DNA from: an uncultured Syntrophomonadaceae bacterium | Lineage (GTDB): Bacteria; Bacillota; Dethiobacteria; DTU022 | Assembly (NCBI GenBank): GCA_964390725.1 | Contig: CAYMIW010000002.1 | Span: 6,875 to 70,874, forward strand | DNA length: 64,000 bases | Direction: 5' to 3' | In this document: positions 9,930 through 20,564 of the stretch, piece by piece | Layout: every line of letters starts with the position of its first letter | Numbering within the stretch: the stretch's first letter is position 1 | Program-made: the position numbers and the translations under genes | Notes under the pieces: generated by a model | What the model was told of the DNA's origin: nothing | The model's database searches: none | Seen by the model: the letters and a program-made list of their open reading frames with translations, nothing else

Positions 9930-11531
9930 ATGGAACGCTTACGCGGTATGGTTTTTGTATTCATGATGCTGATGTTAGTCCTGATTTTTAGTGGATGCGG
10001 CCAAAGTAGTAATCAAAATGGTCAGACTGCTGACGGAGGGGCATCGCAAGATGGTCCTCGGATTGCTTATTATGCCCACTTCAGTGAACCGTACATTGAT
10101 CTGGATCCCAGTGTGGAATACTCCAACGGGATTGTTACCCTGCACAACATCTATGAAACATTAACCAGGTATAATGACGACACCCAGGAAGTGGAACCTC
10201 TTCTGGCAGAAAGCTGGGAAGTGGATGAAGATGGGATGGAATGGACATTTAACATCCGGCAGGGGGTTGTTTTCCATGACGGAGCGTCCCTGACTGCTGA
10301 AGTGGTAAAAAAATCTATTGATCGTACTATCAACTTGAACATGGGTGCTGCCTATATCTGGGAGTCTGTATCCGAGATTCAGGTGTTGGATGAGTACACC
10401 GTAAAATTTGTTTTAGAATATGCTGCTCCCATCGACCTCATTGCCAGTGCCGCATATGCCAGCTTTATCATGTCCCCTGATGCGGCAGAGCAGGGCAGTA
10501 ACTGGTTTAATGCCGGCAACGCATCCGGTACCGGGCCCTATAAACTGCAACGAGTGGTTGCCGGTGAAGAAGTATTAATGACCCGATTTGATGATTACTG
10601 GCAGGGTTGGTCAGATAACCAATATGATCATATCCTGATCCGTAAGGTAGTGGAAAGTACTTCCCGGCGCCAATTGGTGGAAAATAGTGAAGCCCAGATT
10701 ACCGCCGGTCTTTCAACGAGTGATATTAATGCTATGAGAAATAATCCAGAAGTGGCAGTCATTGAAGCCGCTGCATGGAAAAACGTAATCGGCTTTTTCA
10801 ACACACAAAAACCGCCACTGGACAATGTAAATTTCCGAAAAGCTATGAGCTATGCTTATCCCTATGAAGAAGTGGTCGAAAATGTGCGTGAAGGTCTAGC
10901 CACCCAATCCTATGGACTGATCCCCGCAGGACTATGGGGTTACGATGAAACCCTCTTTCAGTATACCTATAATCTTGACAAGGCCCAGGAATATCTTAAT
11001 CTTTCAGGCATTGACCCAGACACTGTTAAACTGGAACTTACCTTTACCAGCGGTGATGAAGGCCATAGAAATGCTGCGCAGCTGTACCAAGTGAATCTTC
11101 GCCGTTTAGGTATAGAAATGGATATCCGCGAAATGACCTGGGACAATCTCTGGGAGAAATCCAAGAGCTCCAGCCTTCCCGAAAGACAAGATGTTCTGAT
11201 TATGTACTGGTGGCCGGACTTTCCAAGTCCCAGCAGTTGGTTGTGGGGTTTGGTGCATTCCGAGGAAGAAGTGTTGTTCAATCTTTCTTATATAAATGAG
11301 CCGGCACTGGATGAAAAAGTTGAGGAAGGTGACATGCTGTCAGCAATTGACCGCTATCAAGCTGAAGCGATCTTCCGAGAGGTTCAGGAAGAAGTGGTAG
11401 AACAGGCTTATATGCTGCACATGTATGATGATATGACCATCTATGTGGTTACCAATGACTTCGGCGGTTTCAGTCCCAACCCGTCCTATGAAGGTGTCGT
11501 ATTCTTCTATGATACTTATTATCAGGAATAG
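9930..11531 (+). CDS. ABC transporter substrate-binding lipoprotein, family 5 (peptide/nickel/opine type)
   Basis: RBS ggagg. Lipobox LIFSGCGQ. Length and sequence consistent with OppA/DppA/NikA family. Confidence 0.85.
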   Translation: MERLRGMVFVFMMLMLVLIFSGCGQSSNQNGQTADGGASQDGPRIAYYAHFSEPYIDLDPSVEYSNGIVTLHNIYETLTRYNDDTQEVEPLLAESWEVDEDGMEWTFNIRQGVVFHDGASLTAEVVKKSIDRTINLNMGAAYIWESVSEIQVLDEYTVKFVLEYAAPIDLIASAAYASFIMSPDAAEQGSNWFNAGNASGTGPYKLQRVVAGEEVLMTRFDDYWQGWSDNQYDHILIRKVVESTSRRQLVENSEAQITAGLSTSDINAMRNNPEVAVIEAAAWKNVIGFFNTQKPPLDNVNFRKAMSYAYPYEEVVENVREGLATQSYGLIPAGLWGYDETLFQYTYNLDKAQEYLNLSGIDPDTVKLELTFTSGDEGHRNAAQLYQVNLRRLGIEMDIREMTWDNLWEKSKSSSLPERQDVLIMYWWPDFPSPSSWLWGLVHSEEEVLFNLSYINEPALDEKVEEGDMLSAIDRYQAEAIFREVQEEVVEQAYMLHMYDDMTIYVVTNDFGGFSPNPSYEGVVFFYDTYYQE

Positions 11532-11646
11532 ACAAATCTGTATGTCTATGGTTCACAAATGTCCATAATGATGTTCTGCAGAGATCCTGGAGGCATCCCT
11601 CCAGGATCTGCTTTATCAGCCACCTTTGTAAGTGGAGGAGATTCTC

Positions 11647-12657
11647 ATGTTATCCTATATTCGAAAACGACTCTTTTTAGGTTTGATAGTGATGCTTGGG
11701 GTTGTCACAATAACCTTCTTCATAACACGGATCATACCTTCAGATCCGGCTACCAAGTGGGTTGGGCCCCGAGCCACTCCCCAGCAAATTGAAGCTGCCG
11801 TTATTGAATTGGGGCTGGACCAGCCGTTGCATATTCAGTATTTACGATACATTAAAGCTTTGGCCGCGGGCGACCTGGGCAACTCATTACGCACCCATCA
11901 GCCTGTCATTCGGGAACTGGCTATATTTGTACCTCCCACATTGGAATTGGTGATTCTTTCTTTTGTCATTGCCGTTCTTCTGGGTATTCCACTGGGGATT
12001 TATTCCGCCCGGAAGAAAGATAAAATGCTGGATCATTTCAGTCGCCTTTTTTCTATCGGAGCTGTTTCTTTACCGACGTTCTGGGCCGCACTATTTCTCC
12101 AGTTGATCTTTTACAATTACCTGGAAATTCTCCCATTAGGTGGCCGTGTCAGCACCTATACCTCCATCATGTATGAGCTTCCTAACATCACCGGCATGCT
12201 GCTGTTGGATTCCGCTGTTACCGGACAGTGGTTTATTTTCGGTGATGCGCTGAAACACATGCTGCTCCCGTGTATTACCATTGCCCTGTTTCCGATTGGC
12301 TTGGTGGCTCGCATGACCCGGTCTGCCATGCTGGAAGTTCTGAATGAAGAATATATCGTAGCTGCCCGTTCTTATGGTTTGAAAGAAAGGCAGGTTTTGT
12401 GGCAGTACGCCCTTAAAAACACTCTGGGACCAACCGCTATTATAGTCACCTTGTCTCTTGGCTATACGCTGGTCAATACGTTTTTGGTTGAAGCTATCTT
12501 TAGCTGGCCGGGATTGGGGAACTATGTAGCAACGGCTATCATGACCATGGATACACCAGCCATTATGGGTGCTACCATTTTTTCAGCCTTTTCTTACATT
12601 ATCCTTAATATGATTGCCGATATTATCATCGCCCTGGATCCCCGGGTCAGAATGTGA
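11647..12657 (+). CDS. ABC transporter permease (DppB/OppB-like)
   Basis: RBS ggaggag before ATG 11647. Multi-TM protein with the family-typical N-terminus MLSYIRKRL. Confidence 0.85.
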   Translation: MLSYIRKRLFLGLIVMLGVVTITFFITRIIPSDPATKWVGPRATPQQIEAAVIELGLDQPLHIQYLRYIKALAAGDLGNSLRTHQPVIRELAIFVPPTLELVILSFVIAVLLGIPLGIYSARKKDKMLDHFSRLFSIGAVSLPTFWAALFLQLIFYNYLEILPLGGRVSTYTSIMYELPNITGMLLLDSAVTGQWFIFGDALKHMLLPCITIALFPIGLVARMTRSAMLEVLNEEYIVAARSYGLKERQVLWQYALKNTLGPTAIIVTLSLGYTLVNTFLVEAIFSWPGLGNYVATAIMTMDTPAIMGATIFSAFSYIILNMIADIIIALDPRVRM

Positions 12658-12668
12658 GGAGGAACACC

Positions 12669-13562
12669 ATGCTGACAAAAGGATTTCTTTTTGAGACAAT
12701 AAAACCAAAAGTAAAAGAGTTCAGGTTTTCATTTCACCTGCTGCAAAAAAATCAGCTGACACGATTTGCCTTATACCTGGTTATAGCATTGTTTCTTCTT
12801 GCTGTTTTTGCACCGCTTATTATTCCTTACCCCACCCATATCAGTGATGAAACTAATACTGATAACCGTCTTCAGCCACCTTCCCGAGAGCATTTGTTCG
12901 GCACGGACGAACTGGGCCGTGATATTTTCAGTCGTGTAATCTTTGGCACGCGCATATCGCTAAACACTGCCGTAATGGCAGTTGGATTGGCATTACTGAT
13001 TGGCATTCCACTAGGTGCTATTGCTGGTACCGTGGGTGGATGGATAGATGAAGTAATCATGCGGATTACCGACATCTTCCTTAGTTTTCCTCCTCTGCTT
13101 TTAGCAATTGCTGTTGTGGCAGTCTTGGGACCCAGCCTTCAAAACGCCATGCTGGCTATTGCGATTTCCTGGTGGCCCTGGTATACCCGGCTTGTACGGG
13201 GACAGGCTATTTCTCTTAAGGAGCGAAAATTCATTCATGCCGCTTATGCAATTGGTACCTCTAAAACCAGGATCATTTTCAGCCATATCGTTCCAAACAC
13301 TGTCTCTCCTGTCATTGTGCAGGCATCCCTGGATATGGGCGGCGTTATTCTTACCATCGCTTCCCTGAGCTTTCTGGGCCTTGGAGCCCAGGCACCCACT
13401 CCTGAATGGGGCCTGATGATCAGTACCAGTCGAAACTATTTTTTAAATGCTGCCTGGTACAGCCTTTTCCCTGGTTTAGCTATTTTTATTACCGTTTTGG
13501 GATTTAACCTGCTGGGTGACGGATTTCGGGAAATTTTGGATCCCAAGACCCGAGAAAATTAG
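12669..13562 (+). CDS. ABC transporter permease (DppC/OppC-like)
   Basis: RBS gaggagg. Permease with six predicted TM segments and typical OppC N-terminal extension. Confidence 0.85.
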   Translation: MLTKGFLFETIKPKVKEFRFSFHLLQKNQLTRFALYLVIALFLLAVFAPLIIPYPTHISDETNTDNRLQPPSREHLFGTDELGRDIFSRVIFGTRISLNTAVMAVGLALLIGIPLGAIAGTVGGWIDEVIMRITDIFLSFPPLLLAIAVVAVLGPSLQNAMLAIAISWWPWYTRLVRGQAISLKERKFIHAAYAIGTSKTRIIFSHIVPNTVSPVIVQASLDMGGVILTIASLSFLGLGAQAPTPEWGLMISTSRNYFLNAAWYSLFPGLAIFITVLGFNLLGDGFREILDPKTREN

Positions 13563-13573
13563 GGGGATCAACC

Positions 13574-15394
13574 ATGACACCTTATTTCATGATTAAAGAC
13601 CTCAAAGTAAACCATCTTTCCTATGCAGGAAAGCGAAAAGTCTTGGAAATTGATCACATAAGTATTAACAAGGGAATGACATATGGGATCGTAGGGGAAA
13701 GCGGTGCAGGGAAAACCGTGCTGGCTCTGACCATCCTGCAATTGCTCCAATGTCCTCCAGGGGAAATAACATCGGGAGAGATTAATCTGGACGGACTCAA
13801 CATGATGAAAAAAGCAGACAGTTTTATGCGAGACAAAATCAGAGGAAAAAAAATCTCCATGATTTTTCAGGATCCCATGTCTACATTGAACCCGGTTTTT
13901 ACCGTTGGTTACCAGGTAACCAAAGTAATCCGGACTAATAAAAATCCCAGGATGAGAGAGAAAGAAGCAGCCCGGCAATCTGTGGAAATGCTCAAATTGG
14001 TTAAACTTCCTGATGTTGAAGATATTATGAAAAAATATCCTCACGAACTGAGCGGAGGCCAACGGCAGCGTGTCATTATTGCAATGGCCCTGGCTTGCGG
14101 AGCCGAGTTCCTGATCGCTGACGAACCTACCAGAAATCTAGATGTTACTATTCAGGCCAGTATCCTGAAAACTCTGAAAGAACTCCAACGAGAGCTCGGT
14201 GTTACTATTTTATTTATCGCTAACAACCTGAGCCTGGTTTCAACTTTCTGCGACGAAATTGGGATTCTTTATAAAGGTAGTTTGGTGGAACAGGGTTCTG
14301 TAAAGAGAATTCTTAATAACCCCCAGCATAACTACACCAAGCTTTTACTGGAATCAGTGACTCAGGATCGCCATAAGCCTTTTCGAACGAAAAATTCAGA
14401 AGACATTCTGCTTCAAGTTGATACTCTTTACAAATACTTTCCTGTAAAAAAGTCTTTCTTGCAAAAGGAAACGCTGTTCGTAAAAGCGGTGGATGATGTC
14501 AGTCTAAAACTCCGAAAAGGAGAAGTGCTGGGAATCGTTGGAGAATCGGGCTGCGGCAAATCAACTCTGGTCAATACTATTCTCAATCTGAACGAACCAA
14601 CTTCCGGTAATGTAATTTTTAATGGTGATAATCTATACACTATCCAGGCAAGCCATCTGCGTCGCGTTCGAAAAAACATTCAAATTGTGTTTCAGGATCC
14701 ATTTTGGTCGCTAAATCCTCGCTGGCTGGTGAAAAACATTATCGCTGAACCCATTAAGGTACATGAAAATCTAAATGCTATTGAATTGCTTCGGCGTGTG
14801 GAAGAATTGCTGGTTATGGTAGGTCTGGATAAAGAAGCGGCCTTTAAATATCCTCATGAGTTTAGTGGTGGTCAGCGTCAACGTATTGCCATTGCCCGTT
14901 CACTGGCTGTTAATCCCAAGCTGGTTGTCCTTGATGAACCCACTTCTTCCATTGATGTAATGTCCCAGGATCAAATACTCAAGCTTTTAGAGGATCTTAA
15001 AGAGAAGCTGGGATTGACAAATATACTGATTTCGCACGATTTAAGTGTTGTCCACTATATGGCAGATCGGATTATTGTGATGTATTTAGGGAAAATTGTA
15101 GAAGATGGTCCAGCACATTCTATTTTTAAGAATCCCAAACATCCTTATACACAGGCCCTGTTTAATTCCATTCCCAATTTGCACAAAGATAACATCGAAC
15201 AATTGGAAACCATTGAAGAAAATATCCCCAGTGCTATTTATCTTCCTTCCGGATGCCGGTTCCATACCAGGTGCAAATATGTAATGCCCCGTTGCAAAGA
15301 AGAACAGCCTGTTTTTGCTACCATCGATACTGATCATCATGCAGCCTGCTTTTTGTGTGCGGCTGAAGAACTACAGTCCGAGCCAATTGTTTAA
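13574..15394 (+). CDS. ABC transporter ATP-binding protein with two fused ATPase cassettes (DppD/DppF-like)
   Basis: Two Walker A motifs (GESGAGKT, GESGCGKS), two LSGGQRQR signatures, and a C-terminal oligopeptide-transporter ATPase extension. Confidence 0.85.
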   Translation: MTPYFMIKDLKVNHLSYAGKRKVLEIDHISINKGMTYGIVGESGAGKTVLALTILQLLQCPPGEITSGEINLDGLNMMKKADSFMRDKIRGKKISMIFQDPMSTLNPVFTVGYQVTKVIRTNKNPRMREKEAARQSVEMLKLVKLPDVEDIMKKYPHELSGGQRQRVIIAMALACGAEFLIADEPTRNLDVTIQASILKTLKELQRELGVTILFIANNLSLVSTFCDEIGILYKGSLVEQGSVKRILNNPQHNYTKLLLESVTQDRHKPFRTKNSEDILLQVDTLYKYFPVKKSFLQKETLFVKAVDDVSLKLRKGEVLGIVGESGCGKSTLVNTILNLNEPTSGNVIFNGDNLYTIQASHLRRVRKNIQIVFQDPFWSLNPRWLVKNIIAEPIKVHENLNAIELLRRVEELLVMVGLDKEAAFKYPHEFSGGQRQRIAIARSLAVNPKLVVLDEPTSSIDVMSQDQILKLLEDLKEKLGLTNILISHDLSVVHYMADRIIVMYLGKIVEDGPAHSIFKNPKHPYTQALFNSIPNLHKDNIEQLETIEENIPSAIYLPSGCRFHTRCKYVMPRCKEEQPVFATIDTDHHAACFLCAAEELQSEPIV

Positions 15395-15433
15395 TTACAC
15401 CCAATGAGTCAAAATAGCTGAGGAGGTAATCAT

Positions 15434-16537
15434 ATGATTAATTTAGAACGACAGGATCTGCTTGATATTCTCTATGGATGCACTATACTGGGCACAGGCG
15501 GCGGTGGTAGTCTTGAAAACGGTATTGAAAAGATCGATCAGGCATTCGAAGCCGGCAAAACATTTACACTGGTTGATTTTGGTGAGATAGATCCAACTGA
15601 TTTAATTGTTACCCCTTATTGCTGTGGGGCTATATCTCCTGAGACGGAAGAAGATCGGAAAAAATATGAAGGCCTTCCTGTACAGCAGGAAGTCCCACAG
15701 GTGCTGGCTCTTAAAGAAATGGAAAAATATCTAGGCCAGGAAGTGAAGGCAGTTATCTCTACGGAACTGGGCGGCGGAAATACGGCAGTTGCTTTTTACA
15801 GTGCTGCTATGGCAGGTAAGCTCATTGTTGATGGAGATCCTGCAGGCAGATCTGTTCCGGAACTGCAGCATTCTACCTATTACCTGAACGATATTCCTAT
15901 TCATCCAATAGCAGTTGTCAACGAATTTGGTGAATCTGCCATCATCACCAATGTGATCAATGATTACCGCGCGGAATCTCTTGTTCGTGCCCTGGCCATA
16001 GTCAGCAATAATCAAATTGCAGTTGTTGACCATGTTCAGCCAGCCGGCATACTAAAAAACGCGGTTATTCGTGGCGCCATTACTGATGCCTGGAAAATTG
16101 GCAAAGCTTACAGAATTGCCCATGAAAAGCGTCAGGATCCTGTAAGTGCCGTCATCGAAGCAGGACAGGGTGCTCTTTTATTTACCGGAGTTGTACGCTC
16201 TAACGAATGGGGAACCGTTGAAGGCTTTACGGTAGGCGATGTAATTCTTGATGGAACCGGCTCTTACAGGGGTGATGAGTACAAAATCTGGTATAAAAAT
16301 GAAAACATTATCACCTGGAAAAACGGTAATTTTCATGCAACCGTTCCAGATCTTGTTTGCATTATAAACACAGAGACAGGCAAACCGGTCATGAATCCAT
16401 ACTTTGGAAAAAACATGCTTGTTGCAGTCTATGCTTTACCTGCTCCCACTGTATGGACAACTGAAAAAGGACTAGCGGTTCTCGGGCCAAGAAGCTTTGG
16501 GTTTGATTTAACCTGGCGTCCTTTCGACCAACTGTAG
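15434..16537 (+). CDS. DUF917 family protein (hydantoinase-associated family)
   Basis: RBS gaggagg. N-terminal GCTILGTGGGGS glycine-rich motif characteristic of DUF917 as I recall it. Same operon as the ABC importer with no intervening terminator. Confidence 0.55.
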   Translation: MINLERQDLLDILYGCTILGTGGGGSLENGIEKIDQAFEAGKTFTLVDFGEIDPTDLIVTPYCCGAISPETEEDRKKYEGLPVQQEVPQVLALKEMEKYLGQEVKAVISTELGGGNTAVAFYSAAMAGKLIVDGDPAGRSVPELQHSTYYLNDIPIHPIAVVNEFGESAIITNVINDYRAESLVRALAIVSNNQIAVVDHVQPAGILKNAVIRGAITDAWKIGKAYRIAHEKRQDPVSAVIEAGQGALLFTGVVRSNEWGTVEGFTVGDVILDGTGSYRGDEYKIWYKNENIITWKNGNFHATVPDLVCIINTETGKPVMNPYFGKNMLVAVYALPAPTVWTTEKGLAVLGPRSFGFDLTWRPFDQL

Positions 16538-16618
16538 CCTTCGAACATCTGCCGTCTGAAAGGGTAGCGTTTTGTCTGGGGCTTCAACGCTTTCCTGGAA
16601 GAAAATCTTGCCCGAGGA

Positions 16619-17818
16619 GTGAATAATGTGTATTATATAACTGTTTCGGATGCGTTGAAACTGCCATCTTTTCAGAGTGCACAGGTAATTGCCGGCAGCG
16701 GTGGACTGGACCGAAAAGTCTATCGGATTAGCGTTGTGGAGTGCCCGGAATTTCCTGTCGACTATGAAATATTCGGTGCGACGAATAATCTGTACGCTAA
16801 AGGTGATTTTTTTATCTCCAGCATGTATGCTATCAAGGACTCGCCCGAATTGTTGTTTGACACCATCAAGCTTTACCACCAGTTTAATTCCAGCGGTCTG
16901 GTATTGTTCCTCAGGTATTTCCCCCAGATCCCCCCAGAAGTGATTCACTATGCTAATGAAGTCAATTATCCATTCATCACCCTGGATAAAAACATCCCAT
17001 ATGCTGATGTAATCAGCGATGTGATGAAAGCAATCTTTGCAAAACAGCATAACAGTACATCTGTGATGCTGCTGGACCAGATCCTCGAAAACAACTATGA
17101 TGAAGAAAAGCTGGAACGCCTGGCTTATACACTGAATCCGGGTTTTCAACGCTATTTAATAGCTTTTCACTTACAGCTGGACAACGAAATTACTGCTGAG
17201 AACAATTTTATTATCAAAAGCATAAACAACGATCAACACATGTTTGCTATAAACTACCATCACACCATCCTGGGGTTCTATACCACAGAAAAGCCCATCC
17301 GCCAGGAACAGGAAGATAACCTGATTAAAAGCATCCGTCAGCTGATCAACAAATATGCTTCTCAATACCATATGGGGATCAGTGATGTCCATGAAAAGCC
17401 CCGCCATCTCAAGAATAGTATTGAGCAAGCCATGATCGCCAGCAAGACAGCTCTGATCAGCCGTTCGCCCGTTGAACACTACAGCCGAATCGGTTCTTAC
17501 AAATTGCTACTGCAAATGAAAAACAGGGAAGTGCTCAGGCAGTTTTATGCCGAAACCATTGCTCTCCTGGAACAGTATGATGAGGAAAACAAAGGAGACC
17601 TGCTACACACTATGATCTGTTATGTTAAAAACAGTGGCGATTTTAAAAAAACTGCTGCGGAGTTGTTTCAGCATGAGAACACCGTTCGGTACCGGCTGAA
17701 CCGCATCAGCCAGCTATGGAATAAAGATAACAGCAATCTGGGGTTTTATGAAAATATATCCTTAGCTTATAAGGTGCATCAGATTCTAACCTATGAGGAG
17801 ACAGATCTGGTGCCTTAA
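16619..17818 (+). CDS. PucR-family transcriptional regulator
   Basis: C-terminal HTH TAAELFQHENTVRYRLNRISQL typical of the PucR C-terminal domain. RBS ggagtg. Confidence 0.7.
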   Translation: MNNVYYITVSDALKLPSFQSAQVIAGSGGLDRKVYRISVVECPEFPVDYEIFGATNNLYAKGDFFISSMYAIKDSPELLFDTIKLYHQFNSSGLVLFLRYFPQIPPEVIHYANEVNYPFITLDKNIPYADVISDVMKAIFAKQHNSTSVMLLDQILENNYDEEKLERLAYTLNPGFQRYLIAFHLQLDNEITAENNFIIKSINNDQHMFAINYHHTILGFYTTEKPIRQEQEDNLIKSIRQLINKYASQYHMGISDVHEKPRHLKNSIEQAMIASKTALISRSPVEHYSRIGSYKLLLQMKNREVLRQFYAETIALLEQYDEENKGDLLHTMICYVKNSGDFKKTAAELFQHENTVRYRLNRISQLWNKDNSNLGFYENISLAYKVHQILTYEETDLVP

Positions 17819-18027
17819 TAGAAGAACAATTACTTATGACAAATAGTATACGTGGGGTTATGTTTTAAATTAGAAGGTTTTATGTGGTACAATTTCAAGA
17901 TGGCCAAGCAACTACCATTTTAACATGTCATGCTCCATCTTAGTCTAAGCAATCTGCGTTATGGGAACCCTGTTTTCTGCTTCCGATTTCCGGGTCTTTA
18001 ACAGCCCCTGCGAACTTAGCATATTGT

Positions 18028-18444
18028 CTAAAAATTACTTTGCTCCCCCTTAACAAACTTCTGTATATAATCTGTTATCAAATTCAAAGAATCGCCTGGT
18101 TTAAATACTTGATCAACAAAACCACTACTAATTAATTCTGTAGCGTCGTCTTCTGGGATAATTCCTCCAACTAAAAACAAAACATCACCTATGCCATTTT
18201 CATTTAGCAGTCTACGAATTTCAGGAACAAGGGACATGTGCGCCCCGGAAAGAACGCTTACACCAACGACATCAACATCTTCCTGTAAAGCAACCTCGGC
18301 AATCTGTTTGGGTGTCTGGTGTAAGCCTGTGTAAATTACTTCCATTCCAGCATCCCGTAAAAACCGTGCTATCACTTTTACACCGCGGTCATGACCGTCT
18401 AAGCCTGGTTTGGCTACTAATACCCTAATTCTTTTATTAACCAT
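18028..18444 (-). CDS. acyl-CoA mutase small subunit (cobalamin B12-binding domain)
   Basis: [33 protein letters not shown] contains the DxHxxG B12-binding motif of methylmalonyl/isobutyryl-CoA mutase C-terminal domains. Confidence 0.85.
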   Translation of the reverse strand: MVNKRIRVLVAKPGLDGHDRGVKVIARFLRDAGMEVIYTGLHQTPKQIAEVALQEDVDVVGVSVLSGAHMSLVPEIRRLLNENGIGDVLFLVGGIIPEDDATELISSGFVDQVFKPGDSLNLITDYIQKFVKGEQSNF

Positions 18445-18460
18445 TTATAGCCTCCTAATC

Positions 18461-20125
18461 TTAAAATATGGGCTTTTCTCGGTATTCACCAAAAACTTCT
18501 TTAAGCGCTGTAACAATTTCTCCCTCAGTAGTATACACTTTAACTGCATCTAAAATCATTGGGATTAGGTTTTCATTACCGCTTGCTGCTTTTTTCAACC
18601 TCAATAAACAGTTTACTACAGCCTGGTTATCTCGTCTCAACTTTAAATCTTTGAGCCTGCCGACCTGCTTATTTTCAATTAATGGATTAATTTTAAGAAG
18701 ATCAACTTCTGTTTGATCATTGCTACAAAAATGATTAACTCCAACCATTACTCGATCTTTACGGTCTACTGCCTGCTGATATTTATAGGCGGCATCAGCT
18801 ATCTCTTGTTGAAAGAACCCATGTTCTATTGCAGGCAGCACCCCTCCCAGCTGATCTATTTTTTCAAAATATTGCTCTACTTCTGCATCCAATTCATTGG
18901 TAAGAGTTTCGATAAAATAAGATCCGCCCAGAGGGTCAATAGTATTGGTAACACCACTTTCACAGGCAATAATTTGTTGAGTACGAAGAGCGATTTTCAC
19001 TGCTTTTTCAGTAGGCAAAGCTAATACTTCATCCATTGAATTGGTGTGTAACGACTGGGTGCCGCCTATTATTGCAGATAATGCCTCAAGAGCAGTACGC
19101 ACAATATTATTTTCAGGTTCGCTGGCAGTTAAACTACAACCCGCAGTTTGGGTATGGAATCTCAGTGATAGTGTTCGGTGATCTTTCGCTCCGTAATTAT
19201 TCTTCATTCTCCTCGCCCATATGCGTCTTGCGGCTCGATATTTGCAGATCTCTTCGAAAAAATCTATGTGAGCATTAAAGAAAAATGAAAGCCGGGAGCC
19301 AAATTTGTCTATATCAAGACCTGCCTTGATCCCAGCTTCGACATAAGTAAAACCATTTGCAAGAGTAAAAGCCAGTTCCTGCACAGCCGTAGAACCGGCT
19401 TCACGAATATGATAACCGCTTATGCTAATCGTATTCCATTGCGGTACATGATCAGCAGCAAAAGAAAAAATGTCAGTAATCAATCTTATGGATGGTTCTG
19501 GTGGGAATATCCAAGATTTCTGAGCTATATACTCTTTCAATATATCGTTTTGAATAGTTCCGCCGAGGTTGTTTAATTTTATGCCCTGTTTTTCAGCATT
19601 AGCTAAATACATACACCAAAGTATTGATGCAGGGCCGTTAATGGTCATTGAAGTAGTAATTGAATCAACAGCTATGCCATTAAACAAGGTTTCCATATCA
19701 TCGAGAGAATCTATCGCTACTCCACAACGGCCGACTTCTCCAAAAGCACGTTCGTGATCTGAATCGAAGCCCATAATCGTTGGCAGATCAAAAGCAACAC
19801 TTAGTCCTGTTTGACCTTGATTCAGCAGATACTGATAGCGCTTATTAGACTCAAGGGCATCTCCAAATCCTGAAAACTGGCGCATTGTCCAAAGACGACC
19901 CCGGTACATACTGGGATGAATTCCTCTCGTATAAGGGTATTCACCTGGGAGACCTATGTCTCTGTCATAATCAAGTATTTTAAGATCGACTGGAGTATAA
20001 AGAGATAGTATGTTTTTTCCGGAAACAGTAAGAAAAGCATCATTTCTCTCCTGGCATTTTGGGGAACCATTAATCCATAACTTCAATCTGTCCTCGGTAG
20101 TTGTTCGGTTGTTATTTTTGCTCAA
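18461..20125 (-). CDS. acyl-CoA mutase large (catalytic) subunit, methylmalonyl-CoA mutase family (IcmA/McmA-like)
   Basis: 554-aa protein with a TIM-barrel substrate-binding domain of MCM-family mutases (RGRLWTMRQFSGFGDA, FHTQTAG). The separate small B12 subunit lies immediately downstream. Confidence 0.85.
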   Translation of the reverse strand: MSKNNNRTTTEDRLKLWINGSPKCQERNDAFLTVSGKNILSLYTPVDLKILDYDRDIGLPGEYPYTRGIHPSMYRGRLWTMRQFSGFGDALESNKRYQYLLNQGQTGLSVAFDLPTIMGFDSDHERAFGEVGRCGVAIDSLDDMETLFNGIAVDSITTSMTINGPASILWCMYLANAEKQGIKLNNLGGTIQNDILKEYIAQKSWIFPPEPSIRLITDIFSFAADHVPQWNTISISGYHIREAGSTAVQELAFTLANGFTYVEAGIKAGLDIDKFGSRLSFFFNAHIDFFEEICKYRAARRIWARRMKNNYGAKDHRTLSLRFHTQTAGCSLTASEPENNIVRTALEALSAIIGGTQSLHTNSMDEVLALPTEKAVKIALRTQQIIACESGVTNTIDPLGGSYFIETLTNELDAEVEQYFEKIDQLGGVLPAIEHGFFQQEIADAAYKYQQAVDRKDRVMVGVNHFCSNDQTEVDLLKINPLIENKQVGRLKDLKLRRDNQAVVNCLLRLKKAASGNENLIPMILDAVKVYTTEGEIVTALKEVFGEYREKPIF

Positions 20126-20323
20126 TATTTTAATCCTCGCTTTTCAAATTGACCTTCACTTGTTATATTCAATTTGCTTTACTTTTACATTGTTTTATAA
20201 CACCGGTAATACTTTTTCACTGGCAACAGAAGATGCCGAATGAGATTTGGTAGTTTTTGCACCGAGTTTTGTTCGAACGTTTTTAAATAAACCTGCTGAC
20301 TTAGAAGCTTTTTCAATCCATAT

Positions 20324-20560
20324 CTATCCACATGATTCTTTTGTGAACCCTTTACTTATAGTAAAAACGAGATCTGGACAAACCTGATAACAATTGGCAC
20401 AGCCAATACATTTATCTTGCTCAATCACTGTTATAAAACAATAGCCGTGGGTATTAACAGTATCTCCCAGTGACAATATGTTTTTAGGGCAAAAGCAACA
20501 ACATAGGCCACACCCTTTACATAGCTCTTTATTAATATGCAGTTTTACTTTATATGCCAT
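20324..20560 (-). CDS. 4Fe-4S dicluster ferredoxin (likely delta subunit of the 2-oxoacid:ferredoxin oxidoreductase)
   Basis: Two CxxCxxCxxxCP motifs (CKGCGLCCCFCP, CIGCANCYQVCP) in 78 aa. Confidence 0.8.
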   Translation of the reverse strand: MAYKVKLHINKELCKGCGLCCCFCPKNILSLGDTVNTHGYCFITVIEQDKCIGCANCYQVCPDLVFTISKGFTKESCG

Positions 20561-20564
20561 TGTT

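Noticed and set aside
13568-14062. 164-aa minus-strand ORF (and similar antisense ORFs at 16508-17149, 34639-35196, 36757-37287, 57847-58233)
   Set aside because: Each lies entirely inside a well-supported gene on the opposite strand and has no domain signature. These are classic antisense shadow ORFs.
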